Source of the DNA: Antedon mediterranea
Lineage: Eukaryota > Animalia > Echinodermata
NCBI RefSeq assembly: GCF_964355755.1
Contig: NC_092675.1
Location: 27,624,912 to 27,688,911 of the forward strand
Direction: 5' to 3'
DNA: 64,000 bases
Part shown: positions 25,689 through 37,075 of the stretch, piece after piece
Layout: each line of letters begins with the position of its first letter
Numbering within the stretch: the stretch's first letter is position 1
Program-made: the position numbers and the translations under genes
The notes under the pieces: generated by a model
Told to the model about the DNA's origin: nothing
Seen by the model: the letters and a program-made list of their open reading frames with translations, nothing else
The model's database searches: none

Positions 25689-27392
25689 CTTTCGCCTGAG
25701 TTGGACGCATTTTCTCATCTTGCAAATCTGATGTCCCGTTCGTCTGTTCTTACAACTGGAACATTCTCCGCAGTTTTCTTTAGTCATGCACGGCTCACAA
25801 GTACCGCATCGTTTGCGTTTTTTCTTCTTCTGCGGCTGTTCAGATGGACTGCCTCTGCCGCCGATCTCGCTCCCTGAACTGTGGCAGTAAACAGACGGTT
25901 TATTGTGTTCACCCCCGGGAGATCTATCCCTTAGTTCATCTCCTCCATTATCATTCTCTTGTATAAAGTCTTCTTCCACCTTAATAAAAAGCTGTGCCCT
26001 CATCGCAGCTTCCGGTGAACGGGCAACAGTTCCAGGTTCTGTTTTTATTTTGGTAATTATTTCGCAATCTGTTTGTAGAGAGGCTTCGTCGGAAAATTCA
26101 TAAGCATTATGTTCAGAACTTTTCGAAACATTAGTCATTGGAGTTTCGGAAGATGGACGTTCTGTTTCGGAATTCGTTCCAAGAACTTGTCGAAGAATAC
26201 CACTTTGATGAGGAACACCAAACTCTTTCTTCTGTTCATCATTGGGCGTTTTTTTACCGATTTTTCCCACGCCAAAAAATCGCCGTTTTGGTCCTTGTTT
26301 ATTAACATCAAAAGGGACCGAATGATCGCGATTGTTTTTAACATTTGAGTCATATTGTTTATTACTGCTGTGATTGTCTGCAGGCATTTTTGGCGGGAAT
26401 CTGTTTGCACCGTGTCTAGAATGCATACTTGCATCCAACGTACGCTCAATCATTGTCGCGATCGTCATTTCCATTGTCATTTTACGCCCTCCTCCGTCGT
26501 CCTTTACGTCACATGAGTTTTCCGACTCCTCGCTATGTTGTTGGTCATAAACCTCGTTTGTGTTTTTGTTGTGAGGACCAATTGGGCTGTTTTCATTCGA
26601 ATATCTAGGCCTACCCTCTTTTAACAAACCTATGTTTTTTAGCCATTCATCATAGTACCCGGGAGGCGGTTCTTTAAGGTATTTTACATTTGGTTTTGAC
26701 TTATCTCGGCTTCGAGCCCGTTTCTTTGGGATTGTGTTTGCAACTTTTTTATTTTCAACCTGTTTGTTTTCTCGAGTTTCCTGGGTTTCCGTCGCTGGTG
26801 GACTTTCTTCTGGTTGCTCAGTTAATGCTCGAAGCAAAAGCCCGCTACTACCCGATGTTTTCTTAGTACCATGACTAGCATGTTCGTGATTAAATTCTCT
26901 GTGACTTTGTCCGTCCGATTCTATTGGCGTTTCCGACGTTGACAACCTACTCGTCGCCTGCTGCCAATTCAAAATATGATTTTCCCGCGCGTTTTGCCGT
27001 AGCGCTGTTCCACTTTCCGTATCTGGTTCTATTTCACAAGTTTCAAGTATCTCTTGTTTAATAGATATTTTGCTCGTTGAATCGAACTGGTCCGGCATAG
27101 TAATACTACACTCGCATTTAACTCGACAATCGCAAAACTTTTTTCGCTGAACGTTCGACGAATGCATTACTTTATCGTCAACATGTGTGGTGTCCACATT
27201 AAAGCTAGCCGTGTTTCCAGCCGCTTGATCGTTCAATGCACGTTGTTTCCATCTTTTAAAAGCTGATCCACCACCGCTACTTGGGATATTATTTCGATCC
27301 TCGTGTACGTCGTCCTCCATCAAAGTTCGTCGAATTAACGCCTCCATTAGCTTCCCAGATGATAGCCTGGAGTATGTATCAGCTTCAGTCAT
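25689..27392 (-). CDS. tet: First coding exon (568 codons) of a TET-family methylcytosine dioxygenase or CXXC4/5(IDAX)-like gene: long disordered N-terminus followed by a TET-type CXXC zinc finger (25689-25829)
   Basis: The 586-aa ORF contains [46 protein letters not shown], the TET1/TET3/CXXC4/CXXC5 subtype (HQICK, no KFGG). Acceptor ttgttcttttgtag|GGACGAC-ATG (exon starts 27399); phase-0 donor AAG|gtaggc at 25689. No catalytic domain in the window, so TET versus stand-alone CXXC gene is an inference. Confidence 0.85.
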
Positions 27393-27600
27393 GTCGTCCC
27401 TACAAAAGAACAATTACAAACGTATTAACAATCAGTTCATAGCAATCACAATAACATTACATCGCCGGCCAGTGAAGGTATTTACCGTAGCGAGCTAGCT
27501 AAATTGGATCAATAACCCAGCAATGTGCAAATATTTCCGGCATTATTAAACCGCTGCTGAACAACTGAGTTCGTTTTTAACTAGAGTTCCAGTTACGCAC

Positions 27601-27695
27601 CTCTGAGAATTATCAACCTTTAGACGCAACAATAGAATTTAGTTCGGTTCCTGTCGGATCGGTTCAACGATTTATTTCCCTCCGGCGTTAACTGA
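27601..27695 (-). promoter_or_regulatory. Probable proximal TSS and non-coding first exon of the TET/CXXC gene
   Basis: Inr-like TCAGTT (27690-27695, minus) in CpG-retaining DNA, donor GAG|gtgcgt at 27601, and a 201-nt intron to the acceptor at 27399. Confidence 0.5.
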
Positions 27696-27858
27696 TTGAG
27701 TATATAGAGAACGCAGACGGTTGTGTGCGTGTCAGACCACAGAACAACGTATAGCTAGCGTACATTATGGCTTACATTTAATTTCTCGAGTCTGTGGAGC
27801 TTAAGCGGTTTTCCACTCGTGTCGTTACTACAAGTACGTGCTTCCACGCATATATTGC

Positions 27859-27875
27859 TGACCTTTGTATGACCC
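27859..27875 (-). promoter_or_regulatory. DR5 nuclear-receptor element (RARE-like) GGGTCA-tacaa-AGGTCA
   Basis: Exact RGKTCA-N5-RGKTCA match about 165 bp upstream of the putative TSS. Confidence 0.45.
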
Positions 27876-28138
27876 AACAGCTAAACTAGAAATCATTATA
27901 TTGATGACAACGTAAAATAAGGAAGGCAAAGAAGTTCGTCTGGGGTTTCGATACTAATAAAGTTTTACACGTGATCAATGAAAGGGCCAAGAACAGGTTG
28001 ATAAATCATTCAGGTTTTAATTTCACGAAAGCGATATAAGGAAAATAATTTCCTTTCAGAGCAAAGTTCATCCTAAATCACAGAATAGTTATAATATTAT
28101 CCATTTAATGTAATGCCGATAAAATAACTCATTTAAAC

Positions 28139-28174
28139 CATGGAGGAAAAAATAAATAATATTTTTCATCCATG
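28139..28174. mobile_element. 36-bp CATGGAG..CCATG micro-palindrome with 7-bp TSD (TTTAAAC); putative P-superfamily remnant
   Basis: tttaaac|CATGGAGGAAAAAATAAATAATATTTTTCATCCATG|tttaaac. Confidence 0.65.
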
Positions 28175-29421
28175 TTTAAACCTACATTGCGATAAACACA
28201 ACATAGTGAGTAACATCTATTTATGTCTAAAATATAAAGAAATTGCTATAATAACCAATTATTAATTAACGCTTAAAACTATAAAATCAGAGGTACGGTA
28301 AAAATTATTAATATTTTATGTTTGGTGCTTCTTGACTTGGTTTCCACTACGGCGAAACGCAACACAACGCAAGGCGACGCAACGCACGTCGTGCAGTGAT
28401 TTGTTCATTCAAAGTACATGCGTTGTTTTGAGAGTCGCACACATGATTTATAGGCCTATTCAGGAAAACAATAATCCACAATCAATATATAAATAGGCCT
28501 ACGCTGTTGACGGGAACGGGAAGTGAAATAGAAATCCATGAAATATCCTGGAAAAGTAGGGTAGAGAAGGGTCATCTTTTCAAAATAATTTGAAAACACC
28601 GAATTGAAACTGTATCGCACTTTTTCATGCAGACGCCTTTGTATTATTATTGCCAGGAATACAAGCAATCCATTGCTCACGTGACTGCTTTTTTAGGGTT
28701 TTTTTTTAGTGTGGTCGGTAAGCCTATTTCGCGTACGGTATTGCAGCAAAACCACGGAACCAAAATGGCACATCTTAAGTTTGGCGTCATGATTGCCACT
28801 TTTGAGAAGGATATTAAATTAATTCGCTTATGGGTATCCTTGGTATGCATTGTGTAAAACAAACAAGCTCGTAACCGATTTTTACAGGGGTGCATAGTGC
28901 GAGCATATGCAAGGACTATTCACCAAACGTAGATGTATGAATACAAAAGAGTGTTGTATGTAGGTTAGCCTGGGGTAGGTGAGGTAGAGTTGGCACTTTC
29001 GCTGTTTGTATCTAGTTTGAAAAGGACAGTTTAGGAAAAATGGGGAAACGGGATAATGTTTCGAATACGAATCACTCTCTGATTTCGAACTTGCAAGCTT
29101 ACTATATCGTAATATTTAGGCCTACTGATGAAACTACAATACTTAAAAGACGCTTGATTATAAAACGAACCAGTTCAACGATCGTTCTATAATTGATTAC
29201 ACTGGCGTTGCTTCAGTCTGGTAATTTCAACTGATTAATGATAGTCGTCTGCTATAAAGAAGTGATCGAAAAACCTGGCTGATGAACGATCATACGCAAT
29301 CGACTTTACATACTAATCAAGCATAACATCGAGTTGAGAGTGATTCTCGTTGCAGTACTTGAAAAACGGTCAGTTTGTCGGTGAAAATAATATGTGAGGA
29401 CATAACGACAGCGTATGGTTA

Positions 29422-29579
29422 TGCTTGGTTCCCACTAGAGAGGCAACGCAAGGACGTAACGCAACATAAGTGAGTTGACCAATCACAAGCGATGGATTAT
29501 TCGAACTCTCGCTTGTCATTGGTCAACACGCTTGTGTTGCGTTTACGTCCTTGCGTTGCATTCTAGTGGGAACCAAGCT
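29422..29579. mobile_element. MITE family B, full copy (PIF/Harbinger-type)
   Basis: TTA|TGCTTGGTTCCCACTAGA ... TCTAGTGGGAACCAAGCT|TTA; nearly fully palindromic; TTA TSD. Confidence 0.85.
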
Positions 29580-31500
29580 TTACTGGAGTACATACACCTT
29601 TGGGACACCCCTTTCATGTGAAACGAGGGGAAGTATTTGTTTTTAACACACTGACAACGCCTATTCAGGTGAGAGCCCTAAGAAGGGGGACACTTATTGG
29701 GTCCCGAAGGTCCCCCCCCCCTGCCCCATAATAGGGGTCCTACTGTAAGTGATACCATATTTATTCCGGCCTATGTGCAATGACCGACAACAATCACTAT
29801 GACATTAATAGAGACCCAGGTTATGCTGATCTGAGTTGTCGAGGGGTTGAAAACGGAGTGTAAAAAAAGGACAAGATCAGGAAAAGGGGAGAAAGGTGGA
29901 ATCGCCCAAACCGAACTATGGAGATACGCCCTCTCGTCGTCGCTAACCAGGGTTCGAACTGATAAATTGAGTTTAGCAAAACACTGTGGTACTACAGTAT
30001 GAATAACATCAATAGCAAATCCTCATTGAACAACTTACTACAGTACAAGTACGTCTAGCAATTGTCATCTTGAATACAAACAATCCACGCACAAAACGCA
30101 AACAGATTTCATTATTATACTCTGGTCATAAATGAAAGAGTTGACGGGAATTTCAATGACACTGAATTACAATCAAGTTTGCAATGCCCGCAGCGCCACG
30201 GATGCAGTGAGAGCAACAAAAATAAGCTAAATTTAACTCGCATTAAAAGCGTACTAATCCAGAAGGGAGCGTGTTTCAGTTTAGCTAGAACACGACAAGA
30301 TCACAACTTTGATATGACAAAACCTCATGCGTATAATTCATAAAATCATTATTATGACCAATGACGTAGCTGGACCGGCGTACATTGAGCGGCATTCGCC
30401 AGGGAGATTAACGTCAAACATTGGTCTATAATTATGAAAATAATACGTGGTGAATTCTTGACACGCATTGATATCAGAGCACGATTGATCAGAAGGGGAT
30501 ATAATCAAGGAAGGTCACGTTTGAAAGTACACTATCGCATGATTTGAAGGGAAGCCATGTCTACGCACCGCACGGAGAGGCCGCCCAAGGGAGCCGCTAG
30601 TTCAAGGTGTACTAGGCGCAGTGACCTTCCTGCTAACTAGACCCGATGTAAAGTCAGCAGTCCAGACCCGCTGTGCGTTAATATTTACGACTTGTCTGAG
30701 AAGCTGTGAGTTGCGCGGTGTTTTCCTGTCCTGTACGGAATGACTTGAATGTGTTTTTGGAAAATTGGATTATGAAAACTACAGTTTAACACCCGTAGAC
30801 AATATTCGTTCTTTTAATGTGAATTAGATTTACACAGCCGCAACCCCAATTCTCAATGACGAAATTAAGGCAACCTTCAAAATTAAATGGGTTAAATGTG
30901 ATCGTAATAATAGTGGCTGTAAATTTAAACTATGACAAGCACAAAACGTTGTAGACATAGTATAATATAGTCTTGTATATAAGGCCATAATCAACTTATC
31001 GAACTACAAATAGAATTTAAATAGCCAAAAACAGAAAGGCGCTCATAGTCCTCGATATACAGTACCCCCTATTAAGAAATCAAGACCCAACGAAGTTTCT
31101 CTTGATTGATATGGATGTCCCCTGAAATACATTTTTCCTTGTTTCTGTCACAGGAGGAATGTTTCTCTTTAGGAGTGTCAAATCCCAAAGGTGTGGTTCT
31201 CTATATTAGCTAAGATACAGGCCAACGAAGAAGGTAATGGACTTATGAACCCCGAAAGAGTGTGGTTTTGTTTCATACGGTCATACCGTACCAACGCGCA
31301 AACATGAAACACAAACGATATAATATTTATAAGCCTAGTGGAAACGACCCACATGCACCAAACAATCATCAAAACATTTAAGTAGGAAACCACATTCGAT
31401 CTTTTGACACCCACACTCTCTCGGCGCAACCTAACTAACCCCTTGTACGCCGTGCTTCGTTCAAACATTCTTCGGTAAACAAGCAAACACCAGTAATAAT

Positions 31501-31662
31501 AGCTTGGTTCCCACTAGCGACGCAACCTACGCAACGTAAGAAAATGTCCTTCCAGAATAATTGTTTTTTCCCCCGCCTGCATTAAATCAAACATGCAATG
31601 TTTGCAACACTGTTGCGTCGTCGGTTCCCACTTGTGATATACGTCCTAGTGAGAACCACGCT
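31501..31662 (+). mobile_element. MITE family B2 (same TIR, different core)
   Basis: AGCTTGGTTCCCACTAGCGACGCAACCTACGCAACGTAAGAAAATG..CCCCCGCCTG.. CTAGTGAGAACCACGCT|TTA; core shared with 45775 and 61815. Confidence 0.75.
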
Positions 31663-32509
31663 TTAGGACGCGCGACGCATGGACCTTAGTTCAAAGCAAG
31701 TTGGATCCACGCCGCAACATCTGAACTGTTGCTTTTGATTCGGTCCATTGCTTTATTACGCTGAGTTAGTGGTAAAATTAATCTAAAACAAACATTTAAA
31801 ATTGCAGTTACCAATTTCTATGGAAAAAAGATGTACGTCACACACTAGTTAACTTTATGCTTTAAAACAAATTGTAATTGAATTATGTGCCACGCCATTG
31901 ATAGAAGATTTTCTACTTAGTTACTGTACTCACGATTCAATTACTTTTAGGTTGCTTATTGGCCAAATTGGTCAAATTACTTGCGACGCGCTTACGTCCT
32001 TGCATTGCGTCCAAGTGGGAACCGACCTTTAATGGAAATTGGTTCATTTATCAATGGCTAGCCTTAGTACCGAAAGTGTCAACTGAACATTATTAACGAA
32101 CTTTCACAGGAAATATCGACAATCTAATCTAACTTTTGGCAAGAATCTTTTTACCACCGAGACGCCAGTTCGACGCCTCTGATTGGTCCATTAAAGGTAT
32201 CGTCTGTAACATTAAAACACCCGTGCATTTATCTCGTTAAAGTTTACAGCAGCAACATGAACTGACGTTTTTTTTATTGTTTTGCTTAGTTCTTGTTAAC
32301 CCACACATAAATAAAATTACGTAAGCATAAATCATCAACAGAACAATACAAAAAAATATATGGCTGTTGTATTATTAATTAAACCAGACCTGTACATGTA
32401 TTTTTAGGATTTCTTGACACCTACTAACACGACCCAAAATTATTATTAGCATTCAATCATTAACGGATCAATAACTTATAAACTTGTTTAAATAACTGTA
32501 TCATTGTTT

Positions 32510-32690
32510 TTATTTATTTTATTTATTTTATTCAATTTTCGGGCACAACAATACATGACAATACAGCGGTGCAGCACCCTGAGGATTGCCATGAGTGCAA
32601 AGCACTATCGAGATGGCTCTCCAAATACTGCACTAGAACATATAAGACAAACATATACACAAGATGCTCTACATAGACAAAGACTTATTA
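32510..32690 (-). mobile_element. Probable 3' end fragment of a non-LTR retroelement
   Basis: (AATAA)n-type tail on the minus strand preceded by a stem-loop GCCAT-GAGTGC-AAA-GCAC-..-ATGGC; no ORF. Confidence 0.35.
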
Positions 32691-32699
32691 TTAAGTTTG

Positions 32700-32812
32700 G
32701 GAGTGGAGTTGTAAATTGTCATGAGAAAAAACCCTGACATATGACAGGACTTGAACCCAGGACCCTTAGATTGGTAGCCAAGCATCAAAACCACCAAGCC
32801 ACAGCTCCACTC
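32700..32812 (-). mobile_element. tRNA-derived (Pol III) short element or SINE head
   Basis: Minus strand box A TGGCTTGGTGG, box B GGTTCAAGTCC, downstream T6; acceptor stem not canonical. Confidence 0.55.
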
Positions 32813-33070
32813 CGATGTACTAGTATAGTTCACGCACACATATAGTTGTAGGTATGTACTGTATGACGTGAGTATTATATTCCGACTGTCAAATACATTT
32901 CCTTCCAACGGAACAATCTCTAGAGATATACCAAACAGAAATAATTGGGTACGCAGAAGAGATAAAACTCGGCAATACAGTACAATACGGTACAAAGACT
33001 GACTCAACTAGGCCTATGTTTGACCATTTGTACTAAAGACAATTCAAAACATGGTCATGGTTTTTGTTAA

Positions 33071-33221
33071 AGCTTGGTTCCCACTAGGAGGCAACGCAAG
33101 GACGTAGACGCAACGCAAGAGAGTTGACCAATCACACTCGACTGTTCGAATAATCTATCGCTTGATTGGTAAAATCACTTTGCGTTGCGTTACGTCCCTG
33201 CGTTCAAGTGGGAACCAAGCT
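33071..33221. mobile_element. MITE family B, full copy
   Basis: TAA|AGCTTGGTTCCCACTAGG ... CAAGTGGGAACCAAGCT|TTA. Confidence 0.8.
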
Positions 33222-34130
33222 TTAGGCACTGACGCATATTTTTACGCATCTATTTTTCTATTAGTCTTGGCTATTATTTGGCTCTGCTCAAACTAGAGAT
33301 GCACCGGCCTTCTCTATCCTTCTAACGCACAACGGAAGGTACCACCGATTACATACTAGTTCAAACCGTCAACATGTCTTCTAGCATTTTCTCTCTTAAA
33401 CATTACGAACGTAAACAGAATTACTTAAGGTCAAGATCCATATCTTTCGTCCGTCGGTCGACACATAGGACGTCATCCTTATGTAACGACGACTTTTGAC
33501 CTATCATGTACCCTAACTATAACTATGTACTTATACTGGCAATGTAACAGTAGCATAAAAGTTCAAGAACAACCTTACGCCGTGTATTTATAATACTTTA
33601 ATTGTCTTATAACGCACACCAATATCATTTAATGTGTCTGTAATGAAACGCCTAGTTAAATTGAAATTAGATAATAACGTATACGTGGTTGTTCTGGGGG
33701 CCGTTTGCCTCATGGGAGTCGTATTTGATTAGTTCTAGAACGTATCGTAATTTTTCCGTTTGTAGAATATTAGAATTAAAGTCCAAGTACAAGGCGTTCA
33801 GATGGGTTCACGGTCGAAAGCGAGCAGTTTTTGTTGGTAAACTTAAATTAACCCTAGCATAAACTATAAATCAACTCTATTGTACATTTTCTTAAACTAT
33901 ACCGACTGTATTTCGGTAAATACATGATATGAAAAAGATATTGAAGGTTTGGTTGTTCTGGACTTCATTGTTCCTATTCTCTAACATTGATAAAGGGCTT
34001 CTCTCGTCCAGTGCCCACCTTTACCAGAGGAAAGGCATGGGCCAATGTCTGAGACAGATACTAGATGCAGGGGCTGCCATTAGAGTCAGCAATGCTGATT
34101 TCAAATGCCTAACGGGACTCCAGCTCCATA

Positions 34131-34212
34131 TACAGCACCCGATCCAAGCTCTAACCAGGCCCGACGTTGCTTAACTTCGGTGATCTGACGAGTATCGGTT
34201 TTTCAGCGTGGT
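34131..34212 (-). pseudogene. 5S rRNA pseudogene or 5S-derived SINE head with internal deletion
   Basis: Minus strand ACCACGCTGAAAAACCGATACTCGTCAGATCACCGAAGTTAAGCAACGTCGGGCCTGGTTAGAGCTTGGAT-CGGGTGCTGTA matches metazoan 5S but lacks the first ~12 nt and the GGGTGACCGCCTGGGAATAC segment. Confidence 0.75.
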
Positions 34213-35689
34213 CCCGTATAAATGATACTGTTACTTTAAAAGAAATAGATTGGTAAGCGGACAAAGGGAACTTAAAGTGTAATTATCCCTAGGCCTACCG
34301 TTTATTTGTTTGTCAATTTGTAAAACCCCATCAAAAAAATGTAGGATCCCTTCACACACACAGACAATATTCCGTCTACTTTACCATTTAATAAACAACT
34401 GTTTAACATTTTAATAAACAATGGTTATTATTATTATCGTTTGAAAATATTATAAACACACGTTTCGATTATGCTGATCAATATAAATTTCCTCCGAATT
34501 GAGAGCTATATTAGATTCATATAAATTAAATCGATGCGTTTGCTTTAACCAGCCGGATTTCGACATAATCTCTGAATTCTCTCGACTTTCGTTTGTATCG
34601 TGACAAAATTACTATTAACCAGTCATCGTAATTCAGCGTGTATATGATAGAACGATCAAAGGGAGCGCACAGGCTGCTAGTCTGTTGACGATGCATCCAT
34701 GAATAGTTGCGCTATTATGTCAACCGAACTATATATACCCTCGGGGCCTATTGAACCGGCTAAAGACCCGTGAGACGAGCGTCACATAAGTCGGCACGCT
34801 GTAATGTGAACTGATGTGTTCCGTAGAAAGAGATGCATTGACAGTCAACGCATGCGCAGCTTGGCTTAATTATAGTCTTCAATTATGAATAATACAAAAT
34901 GTGTATGCAAGTTTGCCAGGTAATGTGTGTTTCGCCGTGCATTTAACGATTAATGTTCTTATATTCCCATGTCATCGATTAATGTTGTTTGTTTTTATCC
35001 AGCGCAGTTCCCTTGTTATGTTTAAATTGTGTATACTGGTACGTAATTTTAAGCTCTGTTCCTATAAATGTAACGAAATCATCTGATGTGATAGAGGTAC
35101 AGCGGTACACAAAACATATTTTTAATTGTTAAAATAATACATCTTGTATAATTCTCTATTTTCAAAATTGCAATTCAACTCAACTTACAATCTTTAAATG
35201 ACAAAACATTACTAGGCCAACTAGCTCACTGTCGCATAATAGTTAATACATTCAAATGCTTATTTTATGAGGTAACTATATATCTGACAATTAAACTGAC
35301 TTACCATCCTACAACATAGGATATATTATGACACTAACAAAATGATGACTTTGATAACTACAACATGCAACATTGAATGTGCTTTATCTTGGCCTGTGAT
35401 TTAACATTAACACAGCTTATTAATACATCATCCGTCCTTCAACCGGAATGCTATGAGCAACGTTCCTAATGATTCACTCTTGGTGCGGATATCTTATAAA
35501 TAAGGGCACCTACATTTTTTATACTGTATGCCTACACGAACGTACTACAGTAAATCATTGATTTATGTATTTTCAAGATTATTTATGAACATAATAAAGG
35601 AGTAGAAAAATGACAGAGGGGGAACAGAACATAATTTCAGTACAGTATTTGGTATGCATGGTTGATTTTCATAGATTGAAAATCTGGTT

Positions 35690-35760
35690 GGCAACTACGC
35701 CCTCTCGGTCAGCAAATACGCCCTCTCTGTCAGCAACTACGCCCTCTCGATCGGCAACTT
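35690..35760. repeat. 21-bp tandem repeat x3 (GCAACTACGCCCTCTCGGTCA)
   Basis: Directly visible; related CGCCCTCTCG motif at ~29925. Confidence 0.7.
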
Positions 35761-35978
35761 GCAAGGTTGTTGAGGTTTACGCATCAGTGTCAATTAATAA
35801 TCTGTTTACACAATGTCAAATTCAAGCGTCATTATCGTCTTATCTTAAGAGACTTTGTCTCGTATTCCAAGTTCGCAACAGACTGATGATTATCTTCATG
35901 GTTTGTCACTGGACAGGACGTTACTCCCCGAAGAGAGTATGATTTCGACCATTTACTGCTTGTACACAGTACATCTCC

Positions 35979-37075
35979 GAGGAAGATCGTCTTCCGGTGA
36001 CCATCACCTCTTTTCATTTCATGTGTGAACGATGACCCACGGAACTCTCAGAAGATCGTCTTTTGGTTTGCTGACCAATCACCTCTTTTCATGCCATGTG
36101 TGATGTGCGGATTATGACCCACGGTAACGCTCCAAGTAAGATTGTCTTCCGGTTTGCTGACCCATCACCTCTTCTCATGCCATGTGTGATGTGTGAATGA
36201 TGACCCACGGAATTCTTCGAAGAAGATCGTCTTTCGGTGTGCTGACCAATCGGCTCTGTTCATGCCATGTGTGATGTGAGAATTATGACCCACGGCAACT
36301 CTCTGAGGAAGACCATCTTCCGGTTTGCTGACCAATCACCTCTTTCCATGCCATGTGTGATGTCCGAATGATGACACACGGAACTCTCCAAGTAAGATCG
36401 TCTTCCGGTTTGCTGACCAATCACATCTTTTCATGCCATGTGTGATGTGCGAATGACGATCCACGGAGTGAGTGAGTGAGTGGCCGAGCGGTTAAGACAG
36501 TGGAACCGTAATTACGTAGCCATAACATCGGCAAGGGTTCGAGGCTCACTCGCTCCATGGTTCTGGTGGTAGAACGAGTCTTCTCGGATAAGGACTATAA
36601 ACCGTAGGTCCAGTGTACACATCTAGCTCGTGTGCACTTTAAAGAACCTAGTACATCTTTCGAGACGAGTAGGGGGTTACCCCGGTGTATTAGTACATCA
36701 CAGCCACTGATCACCAACTGGGCCCTCTGGGAGACCAGTCTTTGACTGAAGAGGTTACCCAGTATAAATATAAATTCAATTCTTTGAAAAAGATCCTCTT
36801 CCGGTATGCTGACCAATTCTTTTCATGTCATGTGTAATGTGCGAATCGGTAACTCCCTGAGGAAGATCGTCTTCCGGTGTGCTGACCAATCACCTCTTTT
36901 CATACCATGTGTGATGTGCAAATGATGACACACGGTAATTCTCTGAGGAAGACCGTCTTCCGGTGTGCTGATCCGTCACCTCTTTTCATGCCATGTGTGA
37001 TGTGCGGAAAAGTTTCAATGTCACTTTAAATGTGAATGAAGGAAGACCGATGTGCTGATCATTCCTCTCTTGTAA
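35979..37075. repeat. ~86-bp diverged tandem repeat (~10 units; GAAGATCGTCTTCCGGTTTGCTGACCAATCACCTCTTTTCATGCCATGTGTGATGTG...), interrupted by a SINE
   Basis: Units start near 35979, 36048, 36134, 36219, 36305, 36390, 36786, 36859, 36945 and 37040. Confidence 0.85.
36465..36779 (+). mobile_element. tRNA-derived SINE with Deu/Nin-type central domain
   Basis: Box A TGGCCGAGCGG, box B GGTTCGAGGC, acceptor-like GGAGTGA..TCGCTCCA, then CTCGGATAAGGACTATAAACCGTAGGTCC..TAAAGAACC..GAGTAGGGGGTTACCCCGGTGT resembling the DeuSINE core as recalled, and an AT-rich tail; splits a tandem-repeat unit. Confidence 0.8.

Noticed and set aside
25903-26449. ORFs overlapping the CXXC exon in other frames or on the other strand
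   Set aside because: Shadow ORFs of the real coding exon with no independent support.
25653-27413. The 586-aa ORF as a complete single-exon gene
   Set aside because: MFFCR lies in the polypyrimidine tract/acceptor and [11 protein letters not shown] follows a GT donor; both ends are most likely intronic read-through.
34131-34212. Functional 5S rRNA gene
   Set aside because: 5' end and box C region are missing; single dispersed copy.
36465-36560. Functional tRNA gene
   Set aside because: Imperfect anticodon and T stems, expanded 5' end and no terminator; it continues into a SINE body.
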